DNA of 24,000 bases from Carnobacterium inhibens subsp. inhibens DSM 13024 (GTDB lineage: Bacteria > Bacillota > Bacilli > Lactobacillales > Carnobacteriaceae): positions 1,394,784 to 1,418,783 of the forward strand of contig NZ_JQIV01000006.1 of assembly GCF_000746825.1 (NCBI RefSeq). The letters are read 5' to 3'. Positions within the stretch are counted from its first letter, which is position 1. Every line of letters begins with the position of its first letter. The position numbers and the translations under genes are program-made. Below, piece by piece: positions 7,671 through 16,815 of this stretch. The notes under the pieces were generated by a model. The model did no database searches. It was not told the DNA's origin and saw only the letters and a list, made by a program, of their open reading frames with translations.

Positions 7671-8915
7671 TTATTTTAATGGCATTACAACTTCAAAAGC
7701 AATGGTTTCTTCATTCAACGGGCTAGCTTTGATTTGTCCATGGTAGCTTTCAACTATAGCAGCGGCCAATGACAATCCAATGCCATATCCACCAGCAGTG
7801 TGCCTTCTTGCTTGGTCTTCCCGGTAAAAACGATCAAATAGCCGATCAAAATTTTGTGGCATTTCACTAACAGTATTGGAAACAATCAATCTGATTTTAT
7901 GTTGATGACTATCTAAACGGACTTGAATGGTTCCCGGTTCTCGAACATATTTATTCGCATTATCCATTAAAAGTGAACACAACTTGTTGATTGCCTCCAT
8001 TTCTGCTTGGATAATGATATTGGGCTGGATATTTAATGAAACAGTAACATTTTTTTGTTCACCAATCAGAATGTATGGTTCGCATGTCTCACGTAAAACT
8101 TGCGAGAAATCAACGGATTCAATTTTAGGTTGATAGGTTTCTTCTTCCATCTGTGTTAACTGAAGCATGCTTTCCATTAAACCATTTAAACGGCGAATTT
8201 GTTTTCCTGTACTTTTGGTCCATTCAGTATCTCCGTTAAGCATTTGCTGAACGTCATTATTAGCTGAAATAATAGCCAGAGGCGTTTTAATTTCATGACC
8301 CATATCGGTAATAAATTGCTTTTGCCGGTCAATACTTTCTTGGACAGGTTTAACAATTTTTTTTGAAAAATAAAAAACCAGCAAAAAAATAAAAGCTAAA
8401 CTAATTAATCCAATCGATAATGAGTTTTGCAAGAATGTTCGCATGGTCTGTAATTCTCGTTGACTATCAACGAAGAGCAACAAAAAGGTTCCATCCTCTT
8501 TCTCTACAACTTTATAACGAAAATCATCTAGATATCCTTTTGTTTTGTTAGAAGTTAAAGCTTCTTCCGCGTATATCTGGCCAGCTTCAGAATCAACCGA
8601 CCGAATTCTTGTTGTATCAATTTGAATGATTTGTCGATTTGAATTAGTGATTACAGTAAAATAGCGGGTCTCAAAAGGAGTCTCTGCTGAAACCGCCTGA
8701 TTTGGCGGAATACTCCCAGGCTCAGATCCTTTTCCTGAAAGTTCCTCATCCGGGAATTCCCCACCGTTTTCAGCCAAGATGTTCAAGATCTCATCTGCTC
8801 GTTCTGCTGCATGAAAGTAATTTGTGACATTCAGTGCTACTAAGACAACGAACATCACTAGAAAAACTACGGCCATCGTAACAAGAATAAATTTTTTTCT
8901 CAGCTTCTCAATCAT
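7671..8915 (-). CDS. Sensor histidine kinase (two TM helices flanking an extracytoplasmic domain of about 130 aa)
   Basis: H-box MGHEIKTPLA, N-box LMDNANKY, F/G boxes DRFYRED and GGYGIGLS. ATG 8915 forms an ATGA overlap with the response regulator stop. Confidence 0.88.
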   Translation of the reverse strand: MIEKLRKKFILVTMAVVFLVMFVVLVALNVTNYFHAAERADEILNILAENGGEFPDEELSGKGSEPGSIPPNQAVSAETPFETRYFTVITNSNRQIIQIDTTRIRSVDSEAGQIYAEEALTSNKTKGYLDDFRYKVVEKEDGTFLLLFVDSQRELQTMRTFLQNSLSIGLISLAFIFLLVFYFSKKIVKPVQESIDRQKQFITDMGHEIKTPLAIISANNDVQQMLNGDTEWTKSTGKQIRRLNGLMESMLQLTQMEEETYQPKIESVDFSQVLRETCEPYILIGEQKNVTVSLNIQPNIIIQAEMEAINKLCSLLMDNANKYVREPGTIQVRLDSHQHKIRLIVSNTVSEMPQNFDRLFDRFYREDQARRHTAGGYGIGLSLAAAIVESYHGQIKASPLNEETIAFEVVMPLK

Positions 8916-9586
8916 TCAATAACCTCCAGCGAATAACCCACACCACGAGTAGCAACTATTTTGACATGAACATCCAGTTCTGCTAATTTTTTTCGCAAAT
9001 TACTTAAATGCACCCATATACTGTTCATTTCGATATCCGCATCCCAACCCCAGATACGTTCGATCATTTGGTCGGCTGAAAAAATTTGTTTTGGATTTTC
9101 CATTAATAATTGCAAGATTTGACATTCTTTATTTGATAACTTTATCTCGTCTTGACCATTGCTGATACGCATAATATCTTTGTTCAATTCTAAATCTTCA
9201 AATGTTAAATTATTCGCTTGTAAGACCGTTTTCCGGCGTGTCATAGCCCGTATACGCGCTAGCAATTCTCCCATCGCAAATGGTTTGGTTAAATAATCAT
9301 CTGCTCCTAGATCCAGCCCATCGATTCGATTCTCGACAGCGGACTTTGCGGTCAAGAGCAAGATCGGGGTCTGATTACCTTCACTTCGTAATTTTTCTAA
9401 AACTTCCATTCCAGAAAGTTTCGGCATCATGATATCAAGAATAACCCCATCATATTCAGCTAAAACAGCATACTCATATGCATCTTTTCCATCATGAACG
9501 CTATCGACAGTGTAGCCTTCACTTTCCAAAATCACTTGAATGGCACGAGCTAATTCTGCTTCATCCTCTGCTATCAACAACCTCAT
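8912..9586 (-). CDS. OmpR/PhoB-family response regulator
   Basis: Receiver domain (LLIAEDE, DGVILDIMMP, LLLTAK) plus a winged-helix C-terminus (VHLSNLRKKL, ATRGVGYSL). I place the start at ATG 9586 with AGGAGGTCTGGATA upstream. The track's extension to 9622 runs into the putative -10. Confidence 0.88.
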   Translation of the reverse strand: MRLLIAEDEAELARAIQVILESEGYTVDSVHDGKDAYEYAVLAEYDGVILDIMMPKLSGMEVLEKLRSEGNQTPILLLTAKSAVENRIDGLDLGADDYLTKPFAMGELLARIRAMTRRKTVLQANNLTFEDLELNKDIMRISNGQDEIKLSNKECQILQLLMENPKQIFSADQMIERIWGWDADIEMNSIWVHLSNLRKKLAELDVHVKIVATRGVGYSLEVIE

Positions 9587-9617
9587 TATCCAGACCTCCT
9601 CAAACCTTCTTTTGATT

Positions 9618-9646
9618 AGCATATTCTACTCCGCTAAGATGCGCAA
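9618..9646 (-). promoter_or_regulatory. Candidate sigma-A promoter of the two-component operon
   Basis: The minus strand reads TTGCGC - 17 nt - TATGCT. Confidence 0.3.
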
Positions 9647-9802
9647 GAACATTTATTTTCAGTAACTTTTCTTAGCATCACTCTGTATCTGTTCTTTTAT
9701 TTACGTTCATACATACCAAAAAGGGTGTAGATAAGCTTTAATCTGTTTTATTGTTTTAACGATTTTGCCACGACAACTATATCGCGGTACGATGCTTTTT
9801 TC

Positions 9803-9864
9803 TTGCTAACTATATCACACCGTGATATAGTTTAACTAACAAATACATCGAGGTGTGATATAGT
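9803..9864 (+). promoter_or_regulatory. padR promoter overlapped by palindromic operator(s)
   Basis: TTGCTA (9803-9808) - 17 nt - TATAGT (9826-9831). The perfect palindrome AACTATATCAC-ACC-GTGATATAGTT (9808-9832) covers the spacer and -10. An extra half-site GTGATATAGT (9855-9864) sits over the RBS, and AACTATATC occurs at 9775-9783. Confidence 0.55.
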
Positions 9865-9865
9865 A

Positions 9866-10180
9866 ATGGATACTAAATTAAAGAAGTCTTATTTTCCAAT
9901 GACTGAAACAGCATTCTATATTCTTTTATCTTTAGCTACACCTAGACACGGATATGCGATTATTGATCATGTTGAACAACTGACTAAAAAGCGAATTTCA
10001 CTAGGTCCAGGAACCATTTACGGAACGTTATCAAAGATGAAAAAAGATGGTTTGATCGAACCAGTAAAAGAAGAGAACAATCGAAAGATCTATCAAATCA
10101 CACGATTAGGAAAAGAAATTTTAGAGATTGAGAAAGCTCGAATCAAAGAACTTTATATGAATTCTAAGGGAGGGATATAA
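9866..10180 (+). CDS. PadR-family transcriptional regulator (short subfamily)
   Basis: 104 aa. It carries a winged-HTH signature (YILLSL...HGYAI...ISLGPGTIYGTLSKMKKDGLI) followed by a C-terminal coiled helix. Confidence 0.88.
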   Translation: MDTKLKKSYFPMTETAFYILLSLATPRHGYAIIDHVEQLTKKRISLGPGTIYGTLSKMKKDGLIEPVKEENNRKIYQITRLGKEILEIEKARIKELYMNSKGGI

Positions 10181-10182
10181 TT

Positions 10183-10725
10183 ATGGAGAAAAAAGTCTTT
10201 AAGTTTATTACAGTAGATCAATTAGAAAAAGAGCAAGAGTTTTTGCATGATATGGATTTAAAAGGTTGGCATTTTAAGTGTTACAAGAACTTAAGGTATC
10301 ATTTTGAACAAACTCCTCCAGCGAATTATGTTTATCGGATCGACTACAAAGAAACACTAGAAGATCTAGATGAGTATCTAGCTATTTTTGAAGATGCAGG
10401 TTGGGAAGTGGTTTACTCTTATCCTATATTTCAAGGCAGTTGGATTTATTTTAGAAAACTTAGCACGACTGAATCTCGAGATCTTGAAATTTTTTCGGAC
10501 AAGGATTCGATGGTTGATTTATTGAAAAAAGTAAGAACGCACTGGACTCGATTTGGAACAGCTATGTCACTTTTGTTGCTTTTTTTTACAATCTTAAATT
10601 TATTTGTCTCCAGGTCCCTTATTAGTGGTGTTATAACAGCTCTTTTTTTCTTTGTTATTGTAATTCTCTACGTAAAGCTTTTCATTAATCTAACTAAAAA
10701 AATCAAACAACTAGAGCAGAATTAA
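10183..10725 (+). CDS. DUF2812-family membrane protein (usual PadR partner)
   Basis: It starts 2 nt after the padR stop, with a GGGAGGG SD. The N-terminus has the E..FL..M..KGWHF..........Y.YRIDY pattern, and there are two C-terminal TM helices. Confidence 0.75.
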   Translation: MEKKVFKFITVDQLEKEQEFLHDMDLKGWHFKCYKNLRYHFEQTPPANYVYRIDYKETLEDLDEYLAIFEDAGWEVVYSYPIFQGSWIYFRKLSTTESRDLEIFSDKDSMVDLLKKVRTHWTRFGTAMSLLLLFFTILNLFVSRSLISGVITALFFFVIVILYVKLFINLTKKIKQLEQN

Positions 10726-10903
10726 GATCTTTATTTGATTGTTTTTGAAGAATACGGTATCTCTTACGAGCAAATAAAATGTATTTCAGGTCGCAACCAA
10801 TTGATTGCAACACATAATTCAAATTAAATATCAACCATCCCCTATCTCTTGATGATAGAATATAAGAGTATTTAAAATAGGCTAATGAAATGAGGTGCTT
10901 TAC

Positions 10904-11506
10904 ATGAACACAAATAATAGCGATAAACAAAACAGCCATCTTGATTTAACCGATCCAGATGTAAAAGAAATTTTTACCCTCTATAAAAATCACCAGGAAG
11001 TTCCTTATATTTCACCGAAACGCAACTTGAAAGAGTGGTTAGATTTGGTGAGTATCAGTTCCGAAAGCTTAGTCCCTAAACGAAACATGATGCGTTTTAA
11101 AGAAGACATCCTTCCTGGTCATCTTATTTTGTTATGGCGTATTCAGTTCGGCACGTTTACAACTAGCAGCGGATACCCTAAATATTTTGAATATGATTAT
11201 GGCATCAATGCAGAACAAGCTCTTAAAGAAGTCATTGAAAAAGGGTACGCAAATCAGTTGTCGGCGATGGATTCTTTGCCCTACTTAAACGCTGCACAAC
11301 TAAAAGCCGTCTTGAAACAATTTGGACTTAAAGGGTATTCCAAGTTGAATAAAGAAGGACTTATGGAACTGGCTCAAGCAGAGTTGACAGAAGACCAAAT
11401 CAGTCCTTGTTTCACTATCAGAGGCTATAAAATCACCCCAGCTGGAACAGAGATCCTTGCTAACTATCCAGAAGTCGTTGATCGTCACCCTAAAAAGAAG
11501 TATTAA
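10904..11506 (+). CDS. Hypothetical protein with a SAP/HeH-like helix-extended-helix segment
   Basis: ATG 10904 has GAGGTG 6 nt upstream; the track start at 10895 is a GTG inside the SD. The segment LNAAQLKAVLKQFGLKGYSKLNKEGLMELAQ resembles SAP / Rho-N-type motifs. I recognise no other family. Confidence 0.6.
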   Translation: MNTNNSDKQNSHLDLTDPDVKEIFTLYKNHQEVPYISPKRNLKEWLDLVSISSESLVPKRNMMRFKEDILPGHLILLWRIQFGTFTTSSGYPKYFEYDYGINAEQALKEVIEKGYANQLSAMDSLPYLNAAQLKAVLKQFGLKGYSKLNKEGLMELAQAELTEDQISPCFTIRGYKITPAGTEILANYPEVVDRHPKKKY

Positions 11507-11515
11507 TCTATTGTA

Positions 11516-11551
11516 TAAAGAAGGCACTCTCAAACGAGAATGCCTTCTTTA
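11516..11551. terminator. Bidirectional terminator between convergent genes
   Basis: Stem AAAGAAGGCACTCTC / GAGAATGCCTTCTTT with one mismatch and loop AAAC. T-rich tracts lie on both sides. Confidence 0.7.
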
Positions 11552-11555
11552 TACT

Positions 11556-12386
11556 TTATTTTTCATCTACTTCTTTTTGAACTTCTTTAACGGTCTGCTC
11601 TACTTCTGCTCGGGACATTTTTTTCTCCCCTTTTTTCATAGCTGCTAAACTTTTATGCGCAAAAGCAAGCGGCAAGCGACAAAACAGAATCGTACTTTTT
11701 TCATTAAGTGTCTCAATATAAGCATCCGCTTGTGCTAAATTCTCATCTGCATATGCAAACAATTGATCTCTTGACCAATCATCTGGAACAAAGCTGACAC
11801 CACGTTCTTCTTTATCTTCTTTTTGGTTACGCAAAATGTTAACAATTTGAAGCCCACGACCAAACTCAATCGCAAGTTCTTCATTTGTTTCTTGGCCATA
11901 AGACCAGTTCCACAATTTAGAAAGGTAAACACCAACACAACCTGCAACATAGTAAGTATAGTCGTCTAAATCTTCTTTTGTATGTACTTGCCAATTTTCT
12001 TTTGCCCATTTTGCCATACCAAATGCCATTTCACTAGCTGTTTCCATCATTAATGAACGCGAACCTTCTGGACATGCTTGAATCCAATCGACTAAGCGAA
12101 TAGACACTTCAGGTAATTGCTCTTTTACAGGAGCGATAATGTCGCAATACTCCTCTTGTGTAAATGGTCGTTTGAAGAGCTCGCTTAATTGCATTAAAAG
12201 ATCAAATTTGGTCGTATTTTGAATACTCTCATGGTCTTCAATCTCATCTATTGCTCGTAAAACTAAGTAAGCAGATGCAACTGAATATTTTAAATCTGCT
12301 TTCAAAAAAGTAATAGGAATATAAAATGTTCGGCTAGTTTCTTTTAAAACTCGCATGGCATCTTTAGGGTATTTCTCTTTGTTCAT
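11556..12386 (-). CDS. Squalene/phytoene synthase family protein (head-to-head prenyl-diphosphate condensing enzyme)
   Basis: First Asp-rich motif AIDEIED, substrate motif YTYYVAGCVG, and second motif region NILRNQKEDKEERGVSFVP (compare N-I/F-LRD..ED...GR.Y.P in CrtM/CrtB/SQS). Confidence 0.8.
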   Translation of the reverse strand: MNKEKYPKDAMRVLKETSRTFYIPITFLKADLKYSVASAYLVLRAIDEIEDHESIQNTTKFDLLMQLSELFKRPFTQEEYCDIIAPVKEQLPEVSIRLVDWIQACPEGSRSLMMETASEMAFGMAKWAKENWQVHTKEDLDDYTYYVAGCVGVYLSKLWNWSYGQETNEELAIEFGRGLQIVNILRNQKEDKEERGVSFVPDDWSRDQLFAYADENLAQADAYIETLNEKSTILFCRLPLAFAHKSLAAMKKGEKKMSRAEVEQTVKEVQKEVDEK

Positions 12387-12711
12387 TATTTCGCCGTCCT
12401 TTAAACTAAATTATCTCTATTATACAGAATATATCAAAAAGATTCATAATGCTACGGAACAAATTAAGAAAGAAATTAGAATTTTTTATGTTTTTATGTG
12501 TTATCCATAAAATTTTTGGATTTATCTGAATGTAATGCTACAATAACACTCTATTTATTGTTAACATTCAGTTAAATAAATTGGTTTTCTAAGGAATTTT
12601 TTTAATCTACGTATGAAGAAGTTCTCTGTATTAAAGAGTGTTATTTTACTTTATAATTCTTTCGTACTAAAATAAGGAATAAGTATACATCATAGAATAG
12701 GAGACTTCGAA

Positions 12712-13335
12712 ATGACAGATGTGACATGGGAAGTTCTCAATATTATAGGTACAATAGCCTTTGCTATAAGTGGGGCTTTTATTGCCTTAGAAGCAAAATA
12801 TGACATATTAGGAGTTTATATTTTAGGTTTTACAACGGCTTTCGGTGGAGGGCTTATCCGAAATTTGGTCATTGGGATTCCAGTTCAAAATATTTGGATG
12901 CAAAGTACTTTATTTAAGTTTGCATTCTTAACTATTACGATAGTTTTGATTCTACCGAGTATCTGGGGAGGCCTTTGGAAAAAAAGCATCGTGTTTTTTG
13001 ATGCAATTGGTCTAGCCGCATTTGCTATTCAAGGCGCCAATTATGCCGTATCTATGGAAGTTCCCATAATTGCAGTCGTTCTTGCTGCTATTATGACTGG
13101 TACTGGTGGTGGAATATTACGAGATCTATTTGCTGGACGTAAACCGATGATTTTCTATTCAGAAGTTTACGCTTTATGGGCTGCCATTGCTGGTTTAATT
13201 ATTGGTTTGGATTGGATAAGAGGTCCGTATGTCGTTATTATTTTATTTATTTCAATTGTCGTTTTAAGAATCTTATCAGCTTACTTTAATTGGAACCTTC
13301 CCCACTATTTCAATTTTAAAAAAGAAAGAGAATAG
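12712..13335 (+). CDS. Trimeric intracellular cation channel (TRIC) / UPF0126 (YadS-type) family membrane protein
   Basis: Seven TM helices as an internal duplication, each half carrying the glycine motif (FGGGLIRN and GTGGGILRD). SD GGAG lies before ATG 12712. Confidence 0.85.
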   Translation: MTDVTWEVLNIIGTIAFAISGAFIALEAKYDILGVYILGFTTAFGGGLIRNLVIGIPVQNIWMQSTLFKFAFLTITIVLILPSIWGGLWKKSIVFFDAIGLAAFAIQGANYAVSMEVPIIAVVLAAIMTGTGGGILRDLFAGRKPMIFYSEVYALWAAIAGLIIGLDWIRGPYVVIILFISIVVLRILSAYFNWNLPHYFNFKKERE

Positions 13336-13498
13336 TTCTGTTTAAAAACATTTTATAAAGAGTATGCGAAACTAATAAACCTTTGGTAATGATGTTTAAC
13401 TGTAAATTCTTAGAGTTTATACAGTATTATTAGTTTTTTATTGACAAAAACTTTCTTTCAAAAAAATATATTGACCCTAAAAAAATCAAGCTTTTTTC

Positions 13499-13526
13499 GG
13501 AGTAGTTCATTCTACTCCATTTTTTG
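13499..13526 (+). terminator. Intrinsic terminator (plus strand)
   Basis: GGAGTAG-TTCATT-CTACTCC followed by ATTTTTTG. It lies about 165 nt after the TRIC gene stop. Confidence 0.5.
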
Positions 13527-13589
13527 TATTTTCAAATCTCTCACTGTTATTTAAGACCTTAAGGCAGATGTGTCTGCAAAGATATTTAT

Positions 13590-13934
13590 TTATAATTCTC
13601 TATATTGACTTGGACTCACCCAGTTCAACTTTCCTTTCATTCGTTTAGTATTGTAATAGCCGATATACTGTTTTCGCCTCATTAAAACTCCGATAAACAG
13701 TTTCATAATAGTTTTCTTGTTTTAAAATACTAATTTTTTTTCCATAGGGGAACTATCCAAACAGTTTCCCTTGCGAGACATGCTTTGAAAAATGCCTTGT
13801 TTTTCAAGTTTGCGGGTATCTACTTTCATTTGATAATCCCATCCTTGTACTTGAGAACAAGCTTTCATATCACATTTTTTAGTTAAAAACCGATATTTCC
13901 CATCACCTGCTACATAAAATCGAACAATTTGCAT
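13590..13934 (-). mobile_element. Decayed IS3-family transposase (OrfB, C-terminal part) remnant
   Basis: The minus strand reads ..QGWDYQMKVDTRKLEKQGIFQSMSRKGNCLDSSPME. The frame is then lost at an A8 run (13734-13741). A second frame gives SILKQENYYETVYRSFNEAKTVY, and a third gives IGYYNTKRMKGKLNWVSPSQYREL* (stop 13592-13590). These correspond to the DDE-domain C-terminal blocks (HSDQGxxY, SMSRKGNCxDNxxME, YYNxxRxxxxLxxxSPxxYR). The N-terminal two thirds are missing. Confidence 0.75.
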
Positions 13935-13957
13935 TTTAATATACAGCTGTATTTTGA

Positions 13958-14003
13958 CATAAAAATAACCCCTAAAAGTTAGTTTTTTCTAACTTTTAGG
14001 GGT
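13958..14003 (-). terminator. Intrinsic terminator of codBA
   Basis: 15-bp perfect stem ACCCCTAAAAGTTAG (13968-13982) / CTAACTTTTAGGGGT (13989-14003), followed on the minus strand by TATTTTTAT. Confidence 0.75.
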
Positions 14004-14080
14004 CACTATCTGGACGGGCTTTTTAATTTTTATCCTATGACTGTCTTTTTTTGAAGATTTTTTTATTTTTCTTCCTTACT

Positions 14081-15352
14081 TCAGCGATTAAATTGCACAG
14101 GTTCCTCGAATCCGTCTACCAATGACCAAGTTTCGCTTAATTTGGTTTCTACAATTTTTTTTCCACTTCTGTAAGAGTAGCGGACCGGTACTTGTCTGCG
14201 GATGGCTTCATATTCATTCTCAGCCGGAAGAACGATAAAGTCAGCTGGCTTTCCTTCTTCAATGCCGTAACGTTCTTCAATGTGCAGCGTTTTTGCACTG
14301 TTAATCGTGATCAGATCCATGGCATTCATGATCTCTTCATAGCCTGTCAACTGTGTCGCATGCAGCCCCATCAACAGAACTTGCAGCATATTTCCTGTTC
14401 CTAACGGGTACCACGGGTCATAAATGTCGTCATGACCGAAACAAACCGTTAAATCGGCTTCCAACAATTCTTTAACACGTGTCAAGCCTCGTCGTTTCGG
14501 ATACGTATCAAATCGCCCTTGTAGGTGCATGTTGACCAACGGATTGGAAACAAAACGAATATCAGATAGTTTCAATAGGCGGAATAATTTAGAGGTATAC
14601 GCGTTGTTGTATGATCCCATTGCTGTTGTATGGCTGGCAGTTGTACGTGAGCCCATTCCTCTTTCGTAAGCTTCTTTTGCAACAACTTCCACAAAACGTG
14701 ACTGTTCGTCATCAATCTCATCGCAATGGATATCAACTAGACGATCATATTTTTCAGCCAGATCAAAAGCAATTTTAAGCGATTCTACGCCATATTCTCT
14801 AGTGAATTCATAGTGCGGAATGCCGCCCACTACATCAGCTCCCATTTTCAAGGCTTCTTCCATCAGTTCTTTTCCATTTGGATAAGATAAGATGCCTTCT
14901 TGCGGGAATGCAACGAGTTGGATGTCGACATAGGGTGCCATTTCTTCTTTCACTTCCAGCATAGCTTTTAAGGCCGTCAAATTGGGATCCGTAACATCCA
15001 CATGTGTACGTACGTACTGGATTCCTTGAGCAATCTGCCATTGCAGGGCTTTTTTTGCACGTGTTTTAACATCTTCATGTGTTAGAAAAGCCTTGCGTTC
15101 AGACCAACGCTGGATGCCTTCGAATAATGTTCCGCTTTGATTCCATTCCGGTTCGCCTGCTGTCAAAGTTGTATCTAAATGAATATGTGGTTCAATAAAC
15201 GGCGGAAGCACCAGTGAACCGTTGACATTCAAAACATCATTTATTTTTTCTACAACCTCTAGTTGCGGTTCAATACGGGTAAACATTCCGTCTTCTATCG
15301 TGATTTGCCAAAGTCCTTTTTTTCCTTTTAGAGCTGCATTTTGAATAATCAT
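14081..15352 (-). CDS. codA: Cytosine deaminase
   Basis: Amidohydrolase-fold signature [13 protein letters not shown], plus later HCDE and TASHTTA. It is collinear with E. coli CodA (IINARLPGEEGLWQI vs [16 protein letters not shown]). The start is uncertain: ATG 15352 (GGAG only 3 nt upstream) or TTG 15385 as in the track. Confidence 0.88.
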   Translation of the reverse strand: MIIQNAALKGKKGLWQITIEDGMFTRIEPQLEVVEKINDVLNVNGSLVLPPFIEPHIHLDTTLTAGEPEWNQSGTLFEGIQRWSERKAFLTHEDVKTRAKKALQWQIAQGIQYVRTHVDVTDPNLTALKAMLEVKEEMAPYVDIQLVAFPQEGILSYPNGKELMEEALKMGADVVGGIPHYEFTREYGVESLKIAFDLAEKYDRLVDIHCDEIDDEQSRFVEVVAKEAYERGMGSRTTASHTTAMGSYNNAYTSKLFRLLKLSDIRFVSNPLVNMHLQGRFDTYPKRRGLTRVKELLEADLTVCFGHDDIYDPWYPLGTGNMLQVLLMGLHATQLTGYEEIMNAMDLITINSAKTLHIEERYGIEEGKPADFIVLPAENEYEAIRRQVPVRYSYRSGKKIVETKLSETWSLVDGFEEPVQFNR

Positions 15353-15368
15353 ATACTCCACACTTTCA

Positions 15369-16619
15369 TTAATTATTTTTTTCAAACCTTAATGCTGCCT
15401 TAGTTACCGGTAGTTTCATCAGTCCTGTATAAACCACAGCTGTTCCCACTAATGCGTTGAGTGGTGTGATTCCCGGTGCGAATTGGGCTAAAGCTACACC
15501 GATAGCCCAAGCTAGAAGAGCTATCCAGTTGATTGGTACAAAAGTCGCTTCTTCAAATCTGGTATAGTTGCGGTGTTTCACAAAAAAGTAATCTGCAATA
15601 ATGATTGCTCCAATAGAAGGAATAGCCGCGCTCAGCAAGTTCAAAAAGCCGACAAAATTAGTGTACATCCACATAGCTAATACAGTTCCAATAATTCCAT
15701 TCACAAAAACCCAGAATTTTTTAGAGATTTTCGTAATATTAGCAAATCCTAAACCAGAAGCGTAAAGTGCATTATCATTGGTTGTCCAGATATTCAAAGC
15801 CAGTACCAAAATTGCCGGTATTGTCAGCCCTTGCAAGAATAGGACTTCTGAGATATCTGAAAGCCCATAAACCATTGCCCCCACAGCTCCAAATAGGAAC
15901 ATAAGTGAGTTACCCAAGAAGAAAGCTGTTGAGGTAGCTGCAACAGCTGACCGCGAAGTTTTTGCAAAACGTGCAAAGTCAGCTGTCAACGTTCCGCCAC
16001 TGATAAAGGATCCGATACAGATAGTCAAAGCAGCCGATATTGTTAAACTCGTTTTTGGTTCATAGTCGAATAACGCTCTCAGTCCGCCCATGGTTTCTAT
16101 TGCTTCTATGGCAGAGTAGCTTCCTAAAATCGCAATCAAAGGAACCGCTATAAAGCTTAGAATCACCAGCGACTTCATCCCATAAAGAGAAGCCAGAGTG
16201 ATAACCATCCCGAAGATAAAAATCAACAAGTAACTATTCCAGCCCATTTCTTTTGCAATCGGAACAGCAAACATCGCCACACCGACTCCAAACCATCCTA
16301 CTTGCGTAAAGCCCAATAAGAAGGATGGTAAGTACGAACCTTTCTCACCAAACGAGTACTTTGCCAGCAAGTGGGTAGACAATCCCATTTTAGCTGCAAT
16401 GTGCGCCAATGTTCCGGTATAAAGACAAAGTGCCAAGTTTCCCAACAGAATGACGAGCAAAAATTGAGAGAAAGTCAAATTTAATCCCAATTGCCCTCCT
16501 GCTAGCATACTGGCTGAAAAAAAGGTAAAACCCAGCATTACAGCCATTGTTTTTGCAAAAGAATTACGGCTCGTTTGCGGTACCGTTTGTAATGAAAACT
16601 CTGTATCGATTTTCTTCAT
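15369..16619 (-). CDS. codB: Cytosine permease (NCS1 family)
   Basis: 12-TM protein whose N-terminus matches the CodB pattern ([33 protein letters not shown] vs E. coli VPQSARKGVLALTFVMLGLTFFSASMWTGGTLG). SD GGGAGGA lies before ATG 16619. Confidence 0.88.
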   Translation of the reverse strand: MKKIDTEFSLQTVPQTSRNSFAKTMAVMLGFTFFSASMLAGGQLGLNLTFSQFLLVILLGNLALCLYTGTLAHIAAKMGLSTHLLAKYSFGEKGSYLPSFLLGFTQVGWFGVGVAMFAVPIAKEMGWNSYLLIFIFGMVITLASLYGMKSLVILSFIAVPLIAILGSYSAIEAIETMGGLRALFDYEPKTSLTISAALTICIGSFISGGTLTADFARFAKTSRSAVAATSTAFFLGNSLMFLFGAVGAMVYGLSDISEVLFLQGLTIPAILVLALNIWTTNDNALYASGLGFANITKISKKFWVFVNGIIGTVLAMWMYTNFVGFLNLLSAAIPSIGAIIIADYFFVKHRNYTRFEEATFVPINWIALLAWAIGVALAQFAPGITPLNALVGTAVVYTGLMKLPVTKAALRFEKNN

Positions 16620-16644
16620 GTTGTTCCTCCCATTTCTATGGGTA

Positions 16645-16795
16645 CCAAAAGCACAAAAAGAGGCTGAATATCAGTTTTCCTGACATTCAGCCTCTTTCTT
16701 TAATCTAAGAGAAAAGTGTATACATATACACCTGCACACATTTCTCTTAGATTTTATCCGCTTCCTTGTCAGTCTCTCTGGACTGGTTTAAAGGT
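16645..16795 (-). promoter_or_regulatory. PyrR-type transcription attenuator in the codBA leader
   Basis: The minus-strand RNA reads CCUUUAAACCAGUCCAGAGAGACUGACAAGGAAG (complement of about 16760-16795), which matches the PyrR binding-loop core GUCCAGAGAG-CU...AAGG. A 12-bp-stem hairpin follows (16703-16752). Then comes the terminator AAGAGGCUGAAU.UCAG / CUGA.AUUCAGCCUCUU (16658-16696) with tail UUUUGUGCUUUUGG. Confidence 0.6.
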
Positions 16796-16815
16796 ACCTG
16801 TATTTAATTAAGTTT

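Noticed and set aside
6709-8133. Track ORFs 6709..6927(-) and 7927..8133(+)
   Set aside because: They are off-frame or antisense ORFs inside the GH1 and histidine kinase genes.
10703-10939. Track ORF 10703..10939(-)
   Set aside because: It spans an intergenic region and overlaps both flanking plus-strand genes. It has no SD and an implausible sequence.
11300-11950. Track ORFs 11300..11533(-), 11457..11648(+) and 11735..11950(-)
   Set aside because: They are shadows of the 200-aa gene and of the squalene/phytoene synthase gene, and they cross the bidirectional terminator.
12387-12711. 325-bp AT-rich divergent intergenic region, examined for a riboswitch (e.g. glycine) before the TRIC/UPF0126 gene and for small ORFs (12449..12529, 26 aa; 12613..12675, 20 aa)
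   Set aside because: It contains imperfect hairpins (CTGAATGT...ACATTCAG at about 12528-12572 and ACACTCT/AGAGTGT at long range). There is no conserved riboswitch core. Both mini-ORFs lack a properly spaced SD.
13441-13526. Orphan TTGACA followed about 55 nt later by a terminator (possible small RNA)
   Set aside because: The best -10 (TATATT at 13467-13472) is 20 nt from the -35, which is too far. Hexamers at 17-19 nt spacing are poor. The terminator is more simply that of the TRIC gene or a relic of the IS flank.
13722-13934. Track ORF 13722..13934(-) as an intact 70-aa gene
   Set aside because: It is one frame of the frameshifted IS3 transposase remnant, not an independent gene.
14192-15041. 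Track ORFs 14192..14404(+) and 14835..15041(-)
   Set aside because: They lie inside codA in the wrong frame or on the wrong strand.
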